From Octopus sinensis (lineage: Eukaryota): a stretch of DNA of 64,000 nucleotides. Location of the stretch: assembly GCF_006345805.1 (NCBI RefSeq), contig NC_043018.1:17360001-17424000 (forward strand), in the 5' to 3' direction. The number at the start of each line of letters is the position of its first letter. Positions within the stretch are counted from its first letter, which is position 1. A model generated the notes under the pieces. It was given only the letters and a program-made list of their open reading frames with translations. It searched no databases and was not told the DNA's origin. The position numbers and the translations under genes were made by a program. Positions 13,664 through 27,650 of the stretch are shown here, one piece after another.

Positions 13664-14003
13664 TGAGTGGTGACCCCCTTCGGTCAGACACTGACCATGG
13701 GTTTGCACCTAGAGAGTTACCCTCTGAGGCACAAGTCTGGGCAAGGTTGTTTTATGGAAGAACAGCAGTCGCCCATGCATACCGGCCTCCCCTCTCCACG
13801 TCACCGATGTTATCCAAGGGAAAGGCAAGGGCCGATACAGCTTGGCACCAGTGGCGTCGCAACTCATTTCTACAGCTGAGTGAACTGGAGCAACGTGAAA
13901 TAAAGTGTCTTGCTCAAGAACACAACACGCAGCCCGGTCCGGGATTCGAGCTTACGACCTCACGATCGTAAGCTCGACGCTCTAACCACTGAGCCACGCG
14001 CAT
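13664..14003 (-). mobile_element. tRNA-headed SINE, family C2 (CORE-like middle)
   Basis: Reverse complement of the 62218 copy: GCGTGGCTCAGTGGTTAGAGCGTCGAGC head and TTCTTGAGCAAGACACTTTATTTCACGTTGCTCCAG middle. Confidence 0.85.
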
Positions 14004-14149
14004 TCATACATACATAAAAACATATACGTATATATACATATACACACACATCTTTACTTTCAAGACACACTTTTTTTAAAAAACGGCTACAATTGTAATA
14101 ATTTGCGACACAACGTACTATGCTATACACTTTTTAAAATCCCATGTGA

Positions 14150-15950
14150 AACGCTAAAACATATCGCTATATTTCAAAAGCATTAACATTCGATTTAATT
14201 CTAAGATACTCCCTTATGCATTTTCGACTTTATTTCTTCTATTCCACCACTTGCTTGGATTAATAATACGGGCGATTTGGCTACCGGGCACGGAATTTGT
14301 CTTGTCTTGGGAACACATATTTGTTGAGGATAAATATTTAATCTCATTCTCTAATTCCATTTAGTTTATCCAATGTAGTCTTGCCTTGCATTCGTTGCAT
14401 TTGATGACATATGTTAAATATTTGAAGACGGGTTTTCAGAAGTGTTTGTTTTTTTTTCGCAGTAAGAACCAGTCCCGATTGAAATGAATAATTTACCTCC
14501 TCAATAATATTCTCACACTTTCGAGAATTGGGTCAGCCACACTTTTTTTACAGTTGAAGTTCATTGCGTAGTTGGTAGCTTCGCATTGGTAGGTAGATTT
14601 TTATGTACTTCTGTTCCCTTCTTTGCTTTTGGCTATATTGGATAATTCAAATGACTTTTTCCTTGTTGGGTCTTCACTCCATAGCGATATGTTTCGAGAT
14701 GTTTTTTTTATTGCGTTCTCTGTTGTAATTAAATATAGTGTTTTGCGTGTTTCTGAACTGTTTTTTTTTTTTTTTGGCTTTTCGTGATACTTCGATGTTT
14801 ATTGCTTTGCTGCTTTCTATTCTATTTTCCATTAGAGTAAACGAGTACATTCTTTCAAGTAGTGCGTTTTTTAATTTAAGGGATCTTTCATTCTGAATAT
14901 TCGGATGGGAGACCTATTTTCAGATTCTCCGAACTGAGTTAAAAGGAATATTGCATTTGGTATATTTTCGGTGGCACTAAAACAATAGGAGGCGATGTTT
15001 AGAGACCGCTCGTTTGTAGTAGATGTCAGTTTCTATATTCTATGAGTTTTTAATAATCAAAATGTCTAAGAAGAGTTGTTGATGATGGTTAAATTCCAAG
15101 GTGAACAGAATACTGCTATTGGCGCTTTTGGGCAAGGATTTGAAATAATTGAGTTCATTTTGGTTGTACGCTGCGGAAAAAAGGCTGTCATTTAAGTATT
15201 ATTTCCAAATGTTCACCAGATAGGCGCAGGAGTCGTTGTGTGGTAAGTAACTTGTTTACCAACAACATGGTTCCGGGTTCAGTCCCACTGCGTGGCACCT
15301 TGGGCAAGTGTCTTCTACTATAGCCTCGGGCCGACCAAAGCCTTGTGAGTGGATTTGGTAGATGGAAACTGAAAGAAGCCCATCGTATATATGTATATAT
15401 ATATATATATGCGTGTGTGTGTTTGTGTGTCTGTGTTTGTCCCCCTAGCATTGCTTGACAACCGATGCTGGTGTGTTTACGTCCCCGTTACTTAGCGGTT
15501 CGGCAAAAGAGACCGATAGAATAAGTACTGGGCTTACAAAAGAATAAGTCCCGGGGTCGAGTTGCTCGATTAAAGGCGGTGCTCCAGCATGGCCGCAGTC
15601 AAATGACTGAAACAAGTAAAAGAGTAAAAAGAGAGTAAAGATGATTTGGTAAGGTGATCTCGCACGTAATTTTGGCTTGCTTATACATTTTGAACCCTAC
15701 ATAAGCTAAGACCAGTTGGCGTTATGTTGGCGACAAATTGTAGCTATAGAAATCATTTGTATTGTTTTATTCTTTGAGTGTTTTAAGATGCAATGATTTA
15801 TTATTTTAGGCCGCTTATCTTTATCTTGTACCAATGAGTGCTTTGAAATCTTCTTTCTAGGTTTAAAAAATGGATTGTGACATTTTTCTTCTTCTCTTTC
15901 TAAGTCAATGTCTCAAGATAAGAACTTGTACAAGGCAGTAAATTATCTTT
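14150..15950 (-). mobile_element. Penelope-like element remnant (RT, thumb, GIY-YIG), interrupted by a SINE
   Basis: Minus-strand motifs with frameshifts: ATICxxxxANxxLAYVGFKMYKQ (~15700); ILFTLEF...FLDILIIKN...IETDIYYK...CHRKYTKCNIPFNSVRRI (15110-14930); TYVIKCNECKxDYIG (14418-14369). Confidence 0.8.
15221..15640 (+). mobile_element. tRNA-headed SINE family D with internal (TA)n(TG)n and (AAGAGTA)n tail
   Basis: Head AGGCGCAGGAG...GGTTCAGTCCC and middle CACCTTGGGCAAGTGTCTT; five copies in the window. Confidence 0.9.
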
Positions 15951-17042
15951 CAAAGACGTTTAAAAACCGTTTATTTACGTTATGACAAACTGCATACTAT
16001 ATTCTTAGACATAGATGCCATAATAAATGAGAAATGAGCAAGATTAGATCCTTTGAACATATGTTTATTCGATCAGTACTTACACAAGGTTAAAGAACTA
16101 CAAGGAAAGCTGAAATAGATGTATGCTAACATAGGCTTAGAGAGATCTCAAGTTGTAAATTTTTTATATGCCAATAATGTAAACGAGAAAGTGGTTAAAG
16201 AAGTGAATTTGATTGAGCAGCTTCAGACGATAACAATCTTCATAGTAAAATAGCAACATCGATAAAGCAAGAGAAGTGAAGTATCGGTAACTTAATGGAG
16301 ATAAATGCCAACATATATAAGAAAAAAATATCCACTGATCTATGTATCAATCTTAGTTGCCACTAAGAAAAAGTCTAGAGTATCAAAAGCTATCTTTTAG
16401 GAAAATGTAAACTTGATGTAAATATATGAAGAAGCAGCATCCGTAAAAATGATGGAAAATGAAAGAAAATGTCTCTCAAATCGTTTATATGTTAGTCAAA
16501 GAAAACACACACATAAAAACAAACAAAGAAACAGAAAAATATTCTAAATCAAAGAACGTTTAAGACAAAAAGCAAATTCTCAAATAGCGGCAAAGTAAAT
16601 CTTGTTATGAAGAATGTCAATACTTTCTGTTTGAAATGAGGAATTGTTTTTCTTCCTAAAACGATGTTGAATGAAGCGTTGGCATCAAGGGTATATGTTT
16701 TGCGGGTGGAAGGTGCCGTTGTAGACAACAAATCAGAAGTTTAAACACAATAATAGGTATCCTGGGCAGAAGGAACAACACAAGAAAATACATACACTAT
16801 AAAATAATATACTAAAATTTGAAGAGTGGGAACTGCAGAGAGTTTGCTCGATTTATCTACGATTCAAAGACTCGGCTATAAAATTGAAGGTACAGAATTA
16901 ATGCCTTTCTTCACTATTTCGCATTTAACATTCAATGGTTTTCTGCTACTTCACTAAAATTTGATTATTCTAAATTGCTGATACAGATTTTCCTCCGAAA
17001 CTTTGATGAGGAAGCGATGTCGTATTAAGAAAGTTGCCTTAC

Positions 17043-17143
17043 ATGTAAACTTATAACCGAGAGGGAAGATAGCAATCGCATAGAGTTGATGTGTGAGGAA
17101 CATGACGTTTGACTGGAGGTTATAGGCGGAAGCATCATTGAAA
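17043..17143 (-). CDS. candidate internal exon (FNDASAYNLQSNVMFLTHQLYAIAIFPLGYKFT)
   Basis: Acceptor TTTATCTGTCAG, donor GTAAGG, 101 nt open in two frames, non-repetitive. Product not recognised. Confidence 0.3.
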
Positions 17144-17549
17144 CTGACAGATAAACGTGAGTTTCCAGAAATAAAATGCTTTTCTTTCTCGGTACAAAAT
17201 TTTTGGAGAAAGAGAGAGCTGGAAAGAGTGATAAAGAAAGATAAAAAGATAAAGAGATAAATTTGGCAGGATTTGAAATCCGAACATACAGTAGCCTAAC
17301 TAAATACTGCAAGGCAATTTATTTAACGCTCTTAGGATTCTTCTAGTCCACCTCTTATCGGTGATGACCCCATACACATGCTGGCTTCCGCCATGCGGAG
17401 CTCTCGACTGGTGGCACTTGCATGTGCAAGTTCTTTGCAAAACATTCATCGACTAACCCCTCCTCCAAAATTTCAGGTCTTGCGCCTAAAATAGAAAGGA
17501 ATAATAATAATAATTTACAAGTATTCGCATTAATTTACTAAAATTTATT

Positions 17550-18720
17550 AAAGAACAGTAAGAGGAAATGTACAAAGTAGTGTTGGGCATATGTCATATA
17601 ATCTTGACATTGCGTTTGCAATGTTACAAGGTAGAGTAAATCAAAATTCAGTTAACTATGGCCACAAAACGGCTACAAACACCCACGGAAAATCAGAGTG
17701 TTTCATAAAGACATATCTTTTCATTATCACGCCAAGAAAGGTCTTCTGGTATTTTAACTAAGAATCTTTATTTGAAACATCACTCATCCAACCAACAGCT
17801 GAGGGCAATTTCATTCAGGTTTATTGCTGGAGCCGACGAAAATGACATTTTCGATTCCTGCCGACAAAAGTCAAGTAACTACTTATTCCAAGAAAAAAAG
17901 GAAGAAACAACTGACATATTCCAAATTATGTAGTAGACAAGGCACTTGGCACAATCCCAGCTAAAACATCTCCAATTAATAAATGACTTCCAGTAAAATA
18001 TAACAATATAATTTCATTAAATATTATGACGAGTAACCCTCCCATAAAATTGTTCGAAATGGCAATGGGAAAATGTTAGGATTTGAATACAAAGGTGAAA
18101 AGGAGAAATTTTCCGAGGAAATTTTTCTGCGAAATAGCTTGAGTTCATCTCATCTATAGCCTACAGTCAGAAGATAAACTCATCTAGAGTCAGATGGTAA
18201 ATTCTAACACCTTAATGTTCTTAACATTCAAATCAACCTCTCTGTCTGTATATCTACCCTCTTTATAATGTTAGCATATAAGCTTCTGGGGAAGAATCAA
18301 GAGATTGAGACTGTATTCCCTGGAGTATGGGCAAGAAAGATATGCTGTAATATACATCTGAAAGATACTGAAGGAACTTGTCCCAAACTTTGGCATTCAG
18401 AGTTACACTAACACTAGTACAGGGCAGAAATACATAGCGCTAAACACTCCAAATTTGTCATGAATGTATTGGACAATGTATTGCAATGGCCTAAACCTAA
18501 CCCTATCCCTAATCTAAAGGCTCACAGCTCTTCAATATCCTTCCGAAGGACTTGAGAGACTTACATGATGTGGATGTAGATGCCTTGAAAACAAAACTAG
18601 ATCTCGTACTGTCAAGGGTCCCAGATGAACCAACTTCACAGCAGGAAGTGCAAATGAGAGCAGCGGTGTCAAACTCCCTCTTGCATCAAATATCAAGTTC
18701 TTAAAAAGAATTAGTGAAGT
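17550..18720 (+). mobile_element. CR1/L2-like LINE, 3' remnant
   Basis: Translation near 18300: RLRLYSLEYGQERYAVIYI*KILKELVPNFGIQSY, similar to the CR1/L2 C-terminal motif LxLYSLExRRERY..IY.WKIL..LVPN. The upstream boundary is uncertain. Confidence 0.7.
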
Positions 18721-19934
18721 AAAAATTACGTAGCAACACAAAATGTCGGTGCCCCAGCATGGCCACGGCTCTTAGGCTGAAATTAGTTCAATTCAATTCA
18801 CTTCAATAATATAATAGTACACAAGCGCGAACATATAACATTAAATACTTATATATACATATATGCTTGTGTGAATCTAAATATATACATGCATATGTAC
18901 ATGCAAGTCCCAACATACATTCGTGCATGCATACATAAATACGGACATACATACTTTAGGTTTTTTTTTTGTAAACAGCCGTAAGAAATGTGCTTACTCC
19001 ATAGCGAATGTGTTAATCAGAGGTGCGAAAGATTTACTGAACTTTCCCTGTTCACACAGCAATTTCTCTTGCTGTTTGTTTGTTAAATAGTGGAAACGTG
19101 ATATTTCATTGGATCTTATCAACAACATATCTTTAATGATCGTTCAAATAGCATTATTGAATATCAAAGGTGACGAAAGAATATAAGAGTGGACATGTTC
19201 TTCAAAATCTTTTAATAGAATTAAGAGTTTTCCTAACAAATCTACAACGGAGATCTACACATTTCTCTTAAAGTGTGCTGCATAAAAGTTTCAAAACTCT
19301 TGTGAATAGTATGCGAATCACAAAGCAAACTTTTATGGGAGAACTTTTCTCTGAGTTTCTAAACGATCAGTTATTTTGTGATTTATATAAATTTATTCCA
19401 GGGACCAGACAATACAAATATATGCAAATAATTCGTTTTTAATGTTTGTACACGGATAAAAATGTACACGGAGAGAAAATGTGGATCGAGTTTACCTCAG
19501 AATTTACTTAAAATTTGAATGTACCACATTGGAAGACGAAATGTATGTTTGATTGCGGTGGCATTTGGAATGAGATCGCTTAGAACAAGAAAAATATTGG
19601 TTTCAAATTTTGGCACCAGTCCCGAAGTTCAGGAGTGGGGTTAAGTCTTTTACTTCAATCCTAGTGTATGACTGGAATTATTTTATGGAGCCGAAAGAAA
19701 GAAGGGTGAAGTTGAATGAATAAGTTGTATTCTGGTGACTAAAACAATTGAAAGATAATTGATAAAAGCCCTTTTTGGTGCTCGTATGTGTGTGTGTGTG
19801 AACGTGTGCGCGTGTATGTATAAATTACTTTTGGTGAATGTGTGGGTGCGAATGTGTGCGTTTCAAGCGAGTGTTGACGACCATATGCACATAGGTACAT
19901 GTATGTGTGTGTGCGTGCGCGCATGTGTGTGTAC

Positions 19935-20590
19935 GGAAATGTTTGGTGTATCAAGACGTATTGTATCCGAAGTAATGACAGCTTTTGAGAAAGAGGGTAA
20001 AACCTTCTTGTCGAAACAAACTCCTGAAGAAAACCAAAACTTTCAGAGAGTAACCTTCCGACTCTTACGCGAATTGTTAGAAACGATCACAAAAGTACAG
20101 CTCCCAAAATTACTGCTTAATGACTACCTTGAGAACCCAGTTTCCACTAAAACTGTTCGCCGGCAGCTGCACAAAACCAGATTTCACGGGAGGGCTGCAA
20201 TCAGAAAACCACTTCTTTCAAAACCAAACGTTGAAGAGCTTTTAGAGTGGAGTAAAGACCTACAGAATTGGGCTCTAGAGCAGTGGAAGTATGTTATTTT
20301 CTTGGACGAATCATCCTATATATTATTCCCGACCACCGGTCGTGTATACGTGTGGAGACAGACAAAAGACGCATCTAACCCAGACTGTCTTCTTCCAACT
20401 GTTAAACATGGAGGAGGATCTGTGATGATCTTCGGGGCTATATCTTGGAATTCCGCCGGCCAGATGGTTTCCCTTCATGTCAGAATTAATATTCAAGTCT
20501 ATTTAAGCATTTTATCTTATCAAATTCATCCTATGGTTGCCAAACTGCTTCAGGAGGGAAAAGTAATCATTCAAGATGATATGAAAAAGA
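19935..20590 (+). mobile_element. Tc1-like DNA transposon, transposase remnant
   Basis: ORF 19759-20604 contains KTVRRQLHK..FHGRAAIRKPLLS, WKYVIFLDES, TVKHGGGSVMIFGAIS and IIQDD. It is truncated before the catalytic E, and the N-terminal part of the ORF is (TG)n. Confidence 0.92.
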
Positions 20591-20830
20591 ACGAAAAAGA
20601 TTGAGCAGTGGAAATAGAATCAGGGAAAGACAGAAAGGCAAAGTGGAAAAGTTAAAATCTACAAGAAATTAGAAGAAAAACGGACTCCAACGGGAAAAAG
20701 TCAGACGGGACAGGCGGCCATATGTTTGCTCGTGAGTGACGTTGCGAGTAATTCTCAAGGAATAAATGGTAATTATTCTTCAATAAAAGATTCAGTACGG
20801 GATTATGACCGTTTGTATGTATTCCTATGT

Positions 20831-21209
20831 GAAGACGCAATAGCCCAGTGGTTAGGGCAGCGAACTCGCGGTCACAGGATCGCGGTTTCGATTACCAGAC
20901 CGGGCGTTGTGAGTGTTTATTGAGCGAAAACACCTAAAGCTCCACGAGGCTCCGGCAAGGATGGTGGTGATCCCTGCTGTACTCTTTCACCACAACTTTC
21001 TCTCACTCTTACTTCCTGTTTCTGTTGTACCTGTATTTCAAAGGGCCGGCCTTGTCACTCTCTGTGTCACGCTGAATATCCCCGAGAACTGCGTTAAGGG
21101 TACACGCGTCTGTGGAGTGCTCAGCCACTTACACGTCAATTTCACGAGCAGGCTGTGCCGTTGATCGGATCAACCGGAACCCTCGTCGTCGGAACCGACG
21201 GAGTGCTCC
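20831..21209 (+). mobile_element. SINE family A
   Basis: Same head and body as the other copies. Confidence 0.9.
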
Positions 21210-22243
21210 CACCATGTATTCCTATACGTTTGTCAGTGAACCAGTGCGTGAGTGCGCGTGTAAACATTGTACGTATATTGGTGCAGAAGCGTATTAATTA
21301 TATGAACATGCGTCTAAATGTGTTTGCATGCGTATATTTTATGCATACATAATTATGTGCATATGTATCAGTCTGTGTTCTTTACTAAAAGAATCATTAA
21401 ATTATTCCTGGAAGCCGTACCTGTAGAACAATGGACTATTATGTAATGACATGAAAAGAAATCGATAATTGAGGCAATTGAAATACTGCACAGATGTATG
21501 TTGTGTACTGCCGGATGAGATGCTATATAAAATAAAGTGGAGTTCAAAATATATGTTCAATTTTCTTCTTCTCTTCTAATTCTTGAATCACATGATACTC
21601 TAAACGAGAAGCTAATTAATGTCTACACAAAGAATGTAACGAAAATAAGCTTAATGAACTTCACGTAAAAATAATGTCAATCTTAATGTAAGGAAAATTG
21701 AACATTAATTCTCATCAAAAATATTCAGCGATCAGAGGTCAAACGAGCGAAGTTGAACGTCTTTGTTTTCTTTTTGTTTCATTGAACATCACAAAGCTTA
21801 GAAAAAATAATTAGCTACATCATGGAATGATAATTTTTCGAATGCACCAAATCTACTTCATGAATTGTAGCTATTTCTTTACAGCATAAAATAAAATTTT
21901 AAATATACATACGTAAATATATAAATACATACATACATGCATACATACACATATACACACATATATAAACATATATGTGTGTATATCTATATAATGTGTA
22001 TTTATATATATATATATATATATTTTGTAATGGGATAAAAAAAACAAGGCTGTGTAGATTTTAGAACATTTATAGATATAAGCCCTTATTCGCATAATCA
22101 CCGAACCTGGAACTTAACTACGGTCTATCTATAGCGCTTATTCAGCATTACCTGACAGCTTTGGGTCTCAATGACAACATTACCCCTCATAAACTCTCTC
22201 TTTCTCTCTCTCGCTCTCTCTTTCTCTCTCTCTCTTTATATAT

Positions 22244-22302
<59 letters not shown>

Positions 22303-22306
22303 TATA

Positions 22307-22348
<42 letters not shown>

Positions 22349-22351
<3 letters not shown>

Positions 22352-22668
22352 AGGGCGCGTGGCTTAGTGGTTAGGGCATTCGGCTCATGATCGTAAGGTT
22401 GTGAGTTCGATTCCCGGCGACGCGTTGTGTCCTTGAGCAAGACACTTTATTTCACGTTGCTCCAGTCCACTCAGCTGGCAAAAATGAGTTGTGCTTGTAT
22501 TTCAAAGGGTCAGCCTTGTCACTCTCTGCGTCACGCTGATTATCCCCGAGAACTACGTTAAGGGTACACGTGTCTGTGGAATGCTCAGCCATTTGCACGT
22601 TAATTTCACGAGCAAGCTGTTCCGTTGATCGTATCAGCTGGGACCCTCGTCGTCGTAACCGGCGGAGT
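22349..22668 (+). mobile_element. tRNA-headed SINE family C (CORE-like middle; 3' domain shared with family A)
   Basis: Head GAGGGCGCGTGGCTTAGTGGTTAGG, B box GAGTTCGATTCC, TCCTTGAGCAAGACACTT, then the family A 3' domain. Inserted immediately after (TA)n. Confidence 0.88.
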
Positions 22669-22973
22669 CTTTTTAAGTATTTATATATATATACGTATAT
22701 ATATATTATTGGAGCAACAGGGTTCATACGAACCCTCCTACAGCAAACAATGGATGAACTCGAGATCGTGGTGTGAGTATGCAAATCAGTATTTGATACG
22801 CTACAAATGATCAGGATGTCTGGGACTGCACAATCTTGCAAAACTGCGTTGAGTTTAAAACGATGATCCTGAAATCAAGATACTTTCCGTCATATATTTA
22901 CTACCAAGCAGGAGGTCGCTCAAAATTTAATTTGAATTAAAAAAGAAAACATACATACATACATACATACAAA

Positions 22974-23033
<60 letters not shown>

Positions 23034-23254
23034 ATATATACTTATGGGCATATTTGTATGTTCTTTATACATGCATGTATATATGTCTGTGTGGGTTAGT
23101 GAATACACACATACAGCATTATATATCCGAATAGTCATAGTTTATTTTCACGCCTTGTAACTATTTATAAAACCATTTCCAGCTCCTACAGCGCAAAGAT
23201 AGAAATCAATAGAAGCAGCAGCTGCGTTATATCCCTCAAATCATTGAAAAAAGT

Positions 23255-23281
23255 AATAATAATAATATCAACAACAACAAC

Positions 23282-23337
<56 letters not shown>

Positions 23338-23347
23338 TGATAATAAT
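23255..23347. repeat. (AAT)n microsatellite
   Basis: Directly visible. Confidence 0.95.
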
Positions 23348-23651
23348 GAATGTGGATTGTGATGTACTTCAAAGAAAATAGATACATAATGCAAAGGTCG
23401 ATGACAGTAGAGCGAAAATTAAACCAAACACCAATAAATCATCTTGATAATAGTTGGGCTGTATTGACAATATCTGGCTGGAAGAGAGGAAACGTGCCAT
23501 TGCAGACGTGTAATCGTTTACAAGAAGGAAATCATTTAGAGCTTAATTGAAACACTACAGGCGCAGGTGTTCAGTATGGACAAACTCAAAATAGATATAC
23601 CATAAGCATCCTGAAGAGATTTATCACATTGAAGAATGCCATGAAACTTAC

Positions 23652-23736
23652 TGTAGGAGGTTGAGTTTCGCAGATCGAGCAAAAATTCAACCAAGATATC
23701 CGTGGTTCGTTTCTTGTCAACATCAGCGTCTTTCAT
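23652..23736 (-). CDS. candidate first coding exon (MKDADVDKKRTTDILVEFLLDLRNSTSY)
   Basis: ATG-initiated, non-repetitive, ends at a consensus GTAAGT donor. No recognised homology. Confidence 0.2.
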
Positions 23737-26204
23737 CGGGGTTTAACTTAAGACTGTTGACTCGTAAAACATCCACGCGGATTCAAATTGTCTGTAAATT
23801 ATTTTTGTGTTTTTGCATTGAGAATATTTCGACTGAGTAACTGAAATGCACAGTTAACTGAACTGCTTGAAGCCGGTATAACGTCAATGATTTATTCCTT
23901 TGCATAAAGTATAATTTTGTATAGAAATATATTAAAGACTAAACCTACTCAAATGCAGACCCGATATGTATGCCTAATAGCCCTGGGAATATGTTAAACA
24001 ACGTGATTAATTCAATGAGCGAAACAATAGTAACAATTCTTACTAACGATGATGCTGTCTTTTCCACTAACCTGACTCTAATAAATTTTAATAGACATGA
24101 ACCAAAAATTCATAAATTCGTTTCAGTTAATTGATTTTTCGATGCATTTAACGAGAACTGTTCTAAAAGGATATAGGAAAATGTCAATAAATGACGAAAG
24201 TTAGTGGCACAGAAACAAGATGTGTGCATTACTAATGTATTTATAAATAGCATTCTAATGTTACTGTTTTCAATAGAAAAAACGAACTTAAGTATGAATT
24301 GATGAGAAAAAGAATGCATTTACAAAGAAAAAAGCAAAACAGATCATCGTAGTTTATTAGAAAAAAACCGCTTCAAGTTTTAAAAGTCTTCTGAACAAGG
24401 AGTATCGTCAATTATTTTTATTTATCAAAAGAAAAAATCCGGATTTTTCTTCTCCTTTCTATTATAAATATGATACAGTTGTTAGAAAAATACAACCAGA
24501 TATGTATTCGACGGCATAGGTATCACAGTATATAATCTATACTTTACTTAATCACTCTACATTACACAAACTCACATGCACGCGTGCACAGTACACATGT
24601 AGTGTGATATAGTCTTGGCTGAGTTATATGTATTATTTCCTCCTTTTGAAAAAAAATATCTGTATTGCCCAGACTTTCCTGTTGTATTTCAAGTTTGTAT
24701 CATCAGTGTGACATTAAAGAAAATCAATTTCTATTTATGGCTCAGTTGGGTTGAAATAAACAGTCGAGATTTATTTGTGAAAGATTCTGATGTTTTTTGC
24801 ATCGTCAAAGGAAAATATGAGCGAATGTTGGCCAAATTTTATGCCTTAAGTTGTCACTTTGAATAAAGAAGGAACGACCACATTCACAAATATACTTTTG
24901 CGGAACACTGTTACCGAAATATTACAGTGTAACGCGACGAGGTCTCATTACATTAACACCAGATTTAGGATTCTATGACCGTTTTACATTCAGAACACTA
25001 AATCTGTATTTATCTATTTAATGATTCCTTTCCTTTAATTAATTCAGGGATATTCTTAATGTTGCCATTTATCGTTGAATTAAAGTAAAATTAATATGAT
25101 AGGGAATGAAGAATTTATAACTGTGACATGTGGAACATTTTAAAGCTTTATTAATAAAGATGATGTAATGATGAATGGCTTTCAGATCAAGAAAGCTCAT
25201 TTATTGCTCGTGTCTCATTAATACCCAGCAACCGCTGCACTTGAAGTTTATTATCTTCATTTGGAGATAATAATAGCATTTGTTCCTTTGTGTAATCGAG
25301 GTTCTTTTCAAGATTAAAAGGGATGATTATATTTTCTTTCTCTTTAGTTAAATTTATCGACTTTTGTTATAATTGTTTTTTCATCGCATTGATAATGCTT
25401 CATACATCATATTCTTCGCTTGACAGTTGTACTTTCACGAAACATTATGGAATCATTCATGCGTTGAAGTTGTTTTGTTTAAGTTCATCATCATATACAA
25501 AACAAATCAAAGATCAACGAGTTTAGTTCTTTATAATGAAGTCGAACTTTTCATTACTTTCAATACTTTCCATATATGTAATTCACATTTATGAGGTTTC
25601 CAAAAGAAAAAAAAAGGAAAAAACAGTATCGCACAAACATGGAAATAATGGCTGCATAGATAAAATTTATAGCACGGTCAAATATCTGAATGATATATAC
25701 GGACAGCAATATTAAGTTGGGTATTCATAACGACAAATATCTGGTGTGTGAACATTCAGAACCCTTACATCCATCTCGTTTCAACTGATAAAGCAACTGA
25801 GACATAAGGAGAAATTAATTTCAGTTATCCTTCATGCATATCTTCGACACACCGGCATTAGAGAGAACGTTTTTGGTAGAAGCGGAAAGAAAACATCCTT
25901 CAAACTGAAACTACCAGCGTGAACATTGCATTATATATTCCTAGATATCAATGGACACAATGGAAGATGCATCTGCTGTAATGGCATTTGTGCTCATCCA
26001 TAGTTCTCACTTAGGTATCGAAAATGAAATCAGGCCCCATACTGCATATTGTAGCACGTACAGGGGTTTCATATTTGTTCCATTTTTTCTATCAGTACAC
26101 CACTGAGGAAATCATCTGCCAGGTTGGTCAGCGTTTTCTAATTCACCGACCACTTGTCCATCGAATAAGACACTATGACTGTGTTTAAACTAGGATTTAT
26201 TACA

Positions 26205-26394
26205 TTATTTACTTTTTTTACATTCGACGGATATTTGTCCTCATCTTGTTTGTTGTTAACACAACGTTTCGGTTGATATACCCTCCAGCCTTCATCAGGT
26301 GTCTTGTGGAAATTTCGAACCTGTGTTCTCATTCCTAAGGTATTTTTCCAAGTTGTTGTTGTTGTTATTATTATTATTATTATTATTATTGTTA

Positions 26395-26439
<45 letters not shown>

Positions 26440-26510
26440 TGACTACCTGGAATTGAACCCGGAATCTTGGGGATAGCAGCCTGCAGTCTTAACCACTACG
26501 TCATATGCCC
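26205..26510 (-). mobile_element. tRNA-headed SINE with internal (AAT)n and hammerhead motif
   Basis: Minus strand: GGGCATATGACGTAGTGGTTAAG (A box) ... GGGTTCAATTCC (B box), (AAT)n spacer, 3' body with a hammerhead core, and an A-rich (GTAAATAAT-like) end. Confidence 0.8.
26258..26305 (-). ncRNA. minimal type I hammerhead ribozyme motif (PLE-like variant)
   Basis: AAGACAC-CTGATGA-A-GGCTG gagggtatat CAACC-GAAAC-GTT-GTGTT. Stem I is GACAC/GTGTT, stem II is GGCTG/CAACC (one mismatch), helix III is the ACGT palindrome, and the cleavage triplet is GUU. Confidence 0.7.
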
Positions 26511-27099
26511 GGTGCCCACGGACATATGGTTCATATATCCGAAATGAAGCACACAATGAAATATTAAATATTAAATACTATTTCTTTATAAGTCGTGTTC
26601 ATTAGCATTCTTTTTTTTTATTATTTACTGGATATTGATGACCTTAGTATTTAGTGAATAGTGAATCGTTATATCTGTTTCAATAATTCTGAAAGTTTTC
26701 AATCTCTGAATCTTTTTTGATTTTGTCATAAAATTTAATTCCACCCGTAGTAACATTTCAAATTGAATTACTAATTTTCAATAACATGAAAAGGTATCAG
26801 ATTTCGGTCCTTCTCATGGCCTGATATGCATTTCTTTCATGCTTACGGCCATTACAACTCCCCTTCCCCATTACCTGTGTTATATTGCTCAGATATGTGA
26901 TTAAAATAGATGATTGTATTTGAAGATCAAATCATACAATTTTGACGAACACTTTTATATTTTTCAATGAATTTTAATGTGACTCTGAAGATGAAAAATG
27001 TGTGGGTCTGTTCACTACTTTTTCGGTCGATAGACCAGTAACTGGAAATGGTTCCCGCAAAAGTATGTAAGCTTTCAAGACATGTATAGAATAGTTTAT

Positions 27100-27464
27100 C
27101 TCTTTTACTCTTTACTCTTTTACTCTTTTACTTGTTTCAGTCATTTGACTGCGGCCATGCTGGAGCACCGCCTTTAGTCGAGCAATTCGACCCCGGGACT
27201 TATTCTTTGTAAGCTCAGTACTTATTCTATCGGTCTCTTTTTGTCGAACCGCTAAGTGACGGGAACGTAAACACACCAGCATCGGTTGTCAAGCAATGCT
27301 AGGGGGACAAACACAAACACACACACAGACACATATATATATATACATATATACGACAGGCTTCTTTCAGTTTCCGTCTACCAAATCCACTCACCAGGCA
27401 TTAGTCGGCCCGGGGCTATAGCAGAAGACACTTGCCCAAGATGCCACGCAGTGGGATTGAACCT
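27100..27464 (-). mobile_element. SINE family D, 5'-truncated
   Basis: Reverse complement of the 15221 copy. Confidence 0.88.
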
Positions 27465-27650
27465 GTGTATATTCTTTTTAAAAAAAGGAATGTACACGCA
27501 TTGACATATGGGTATAAATGCATATATTGTTGAAACATGATATTTATCTCGGAAGCGAGGTTCGATCTGCCGATATTGTCATGTCATATCATAGAATCAA
27601 GGAAATATATTCGAGAAATATGTTTTCTGTTGAGGCTGCATTCTAAATTC

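Noticed and set aside
23536-23736. CARD/death-fold domain
   Set aside because: Only a vague pattern resemblance over about 30 aa; kept merely as a low-confidence candidate exon.
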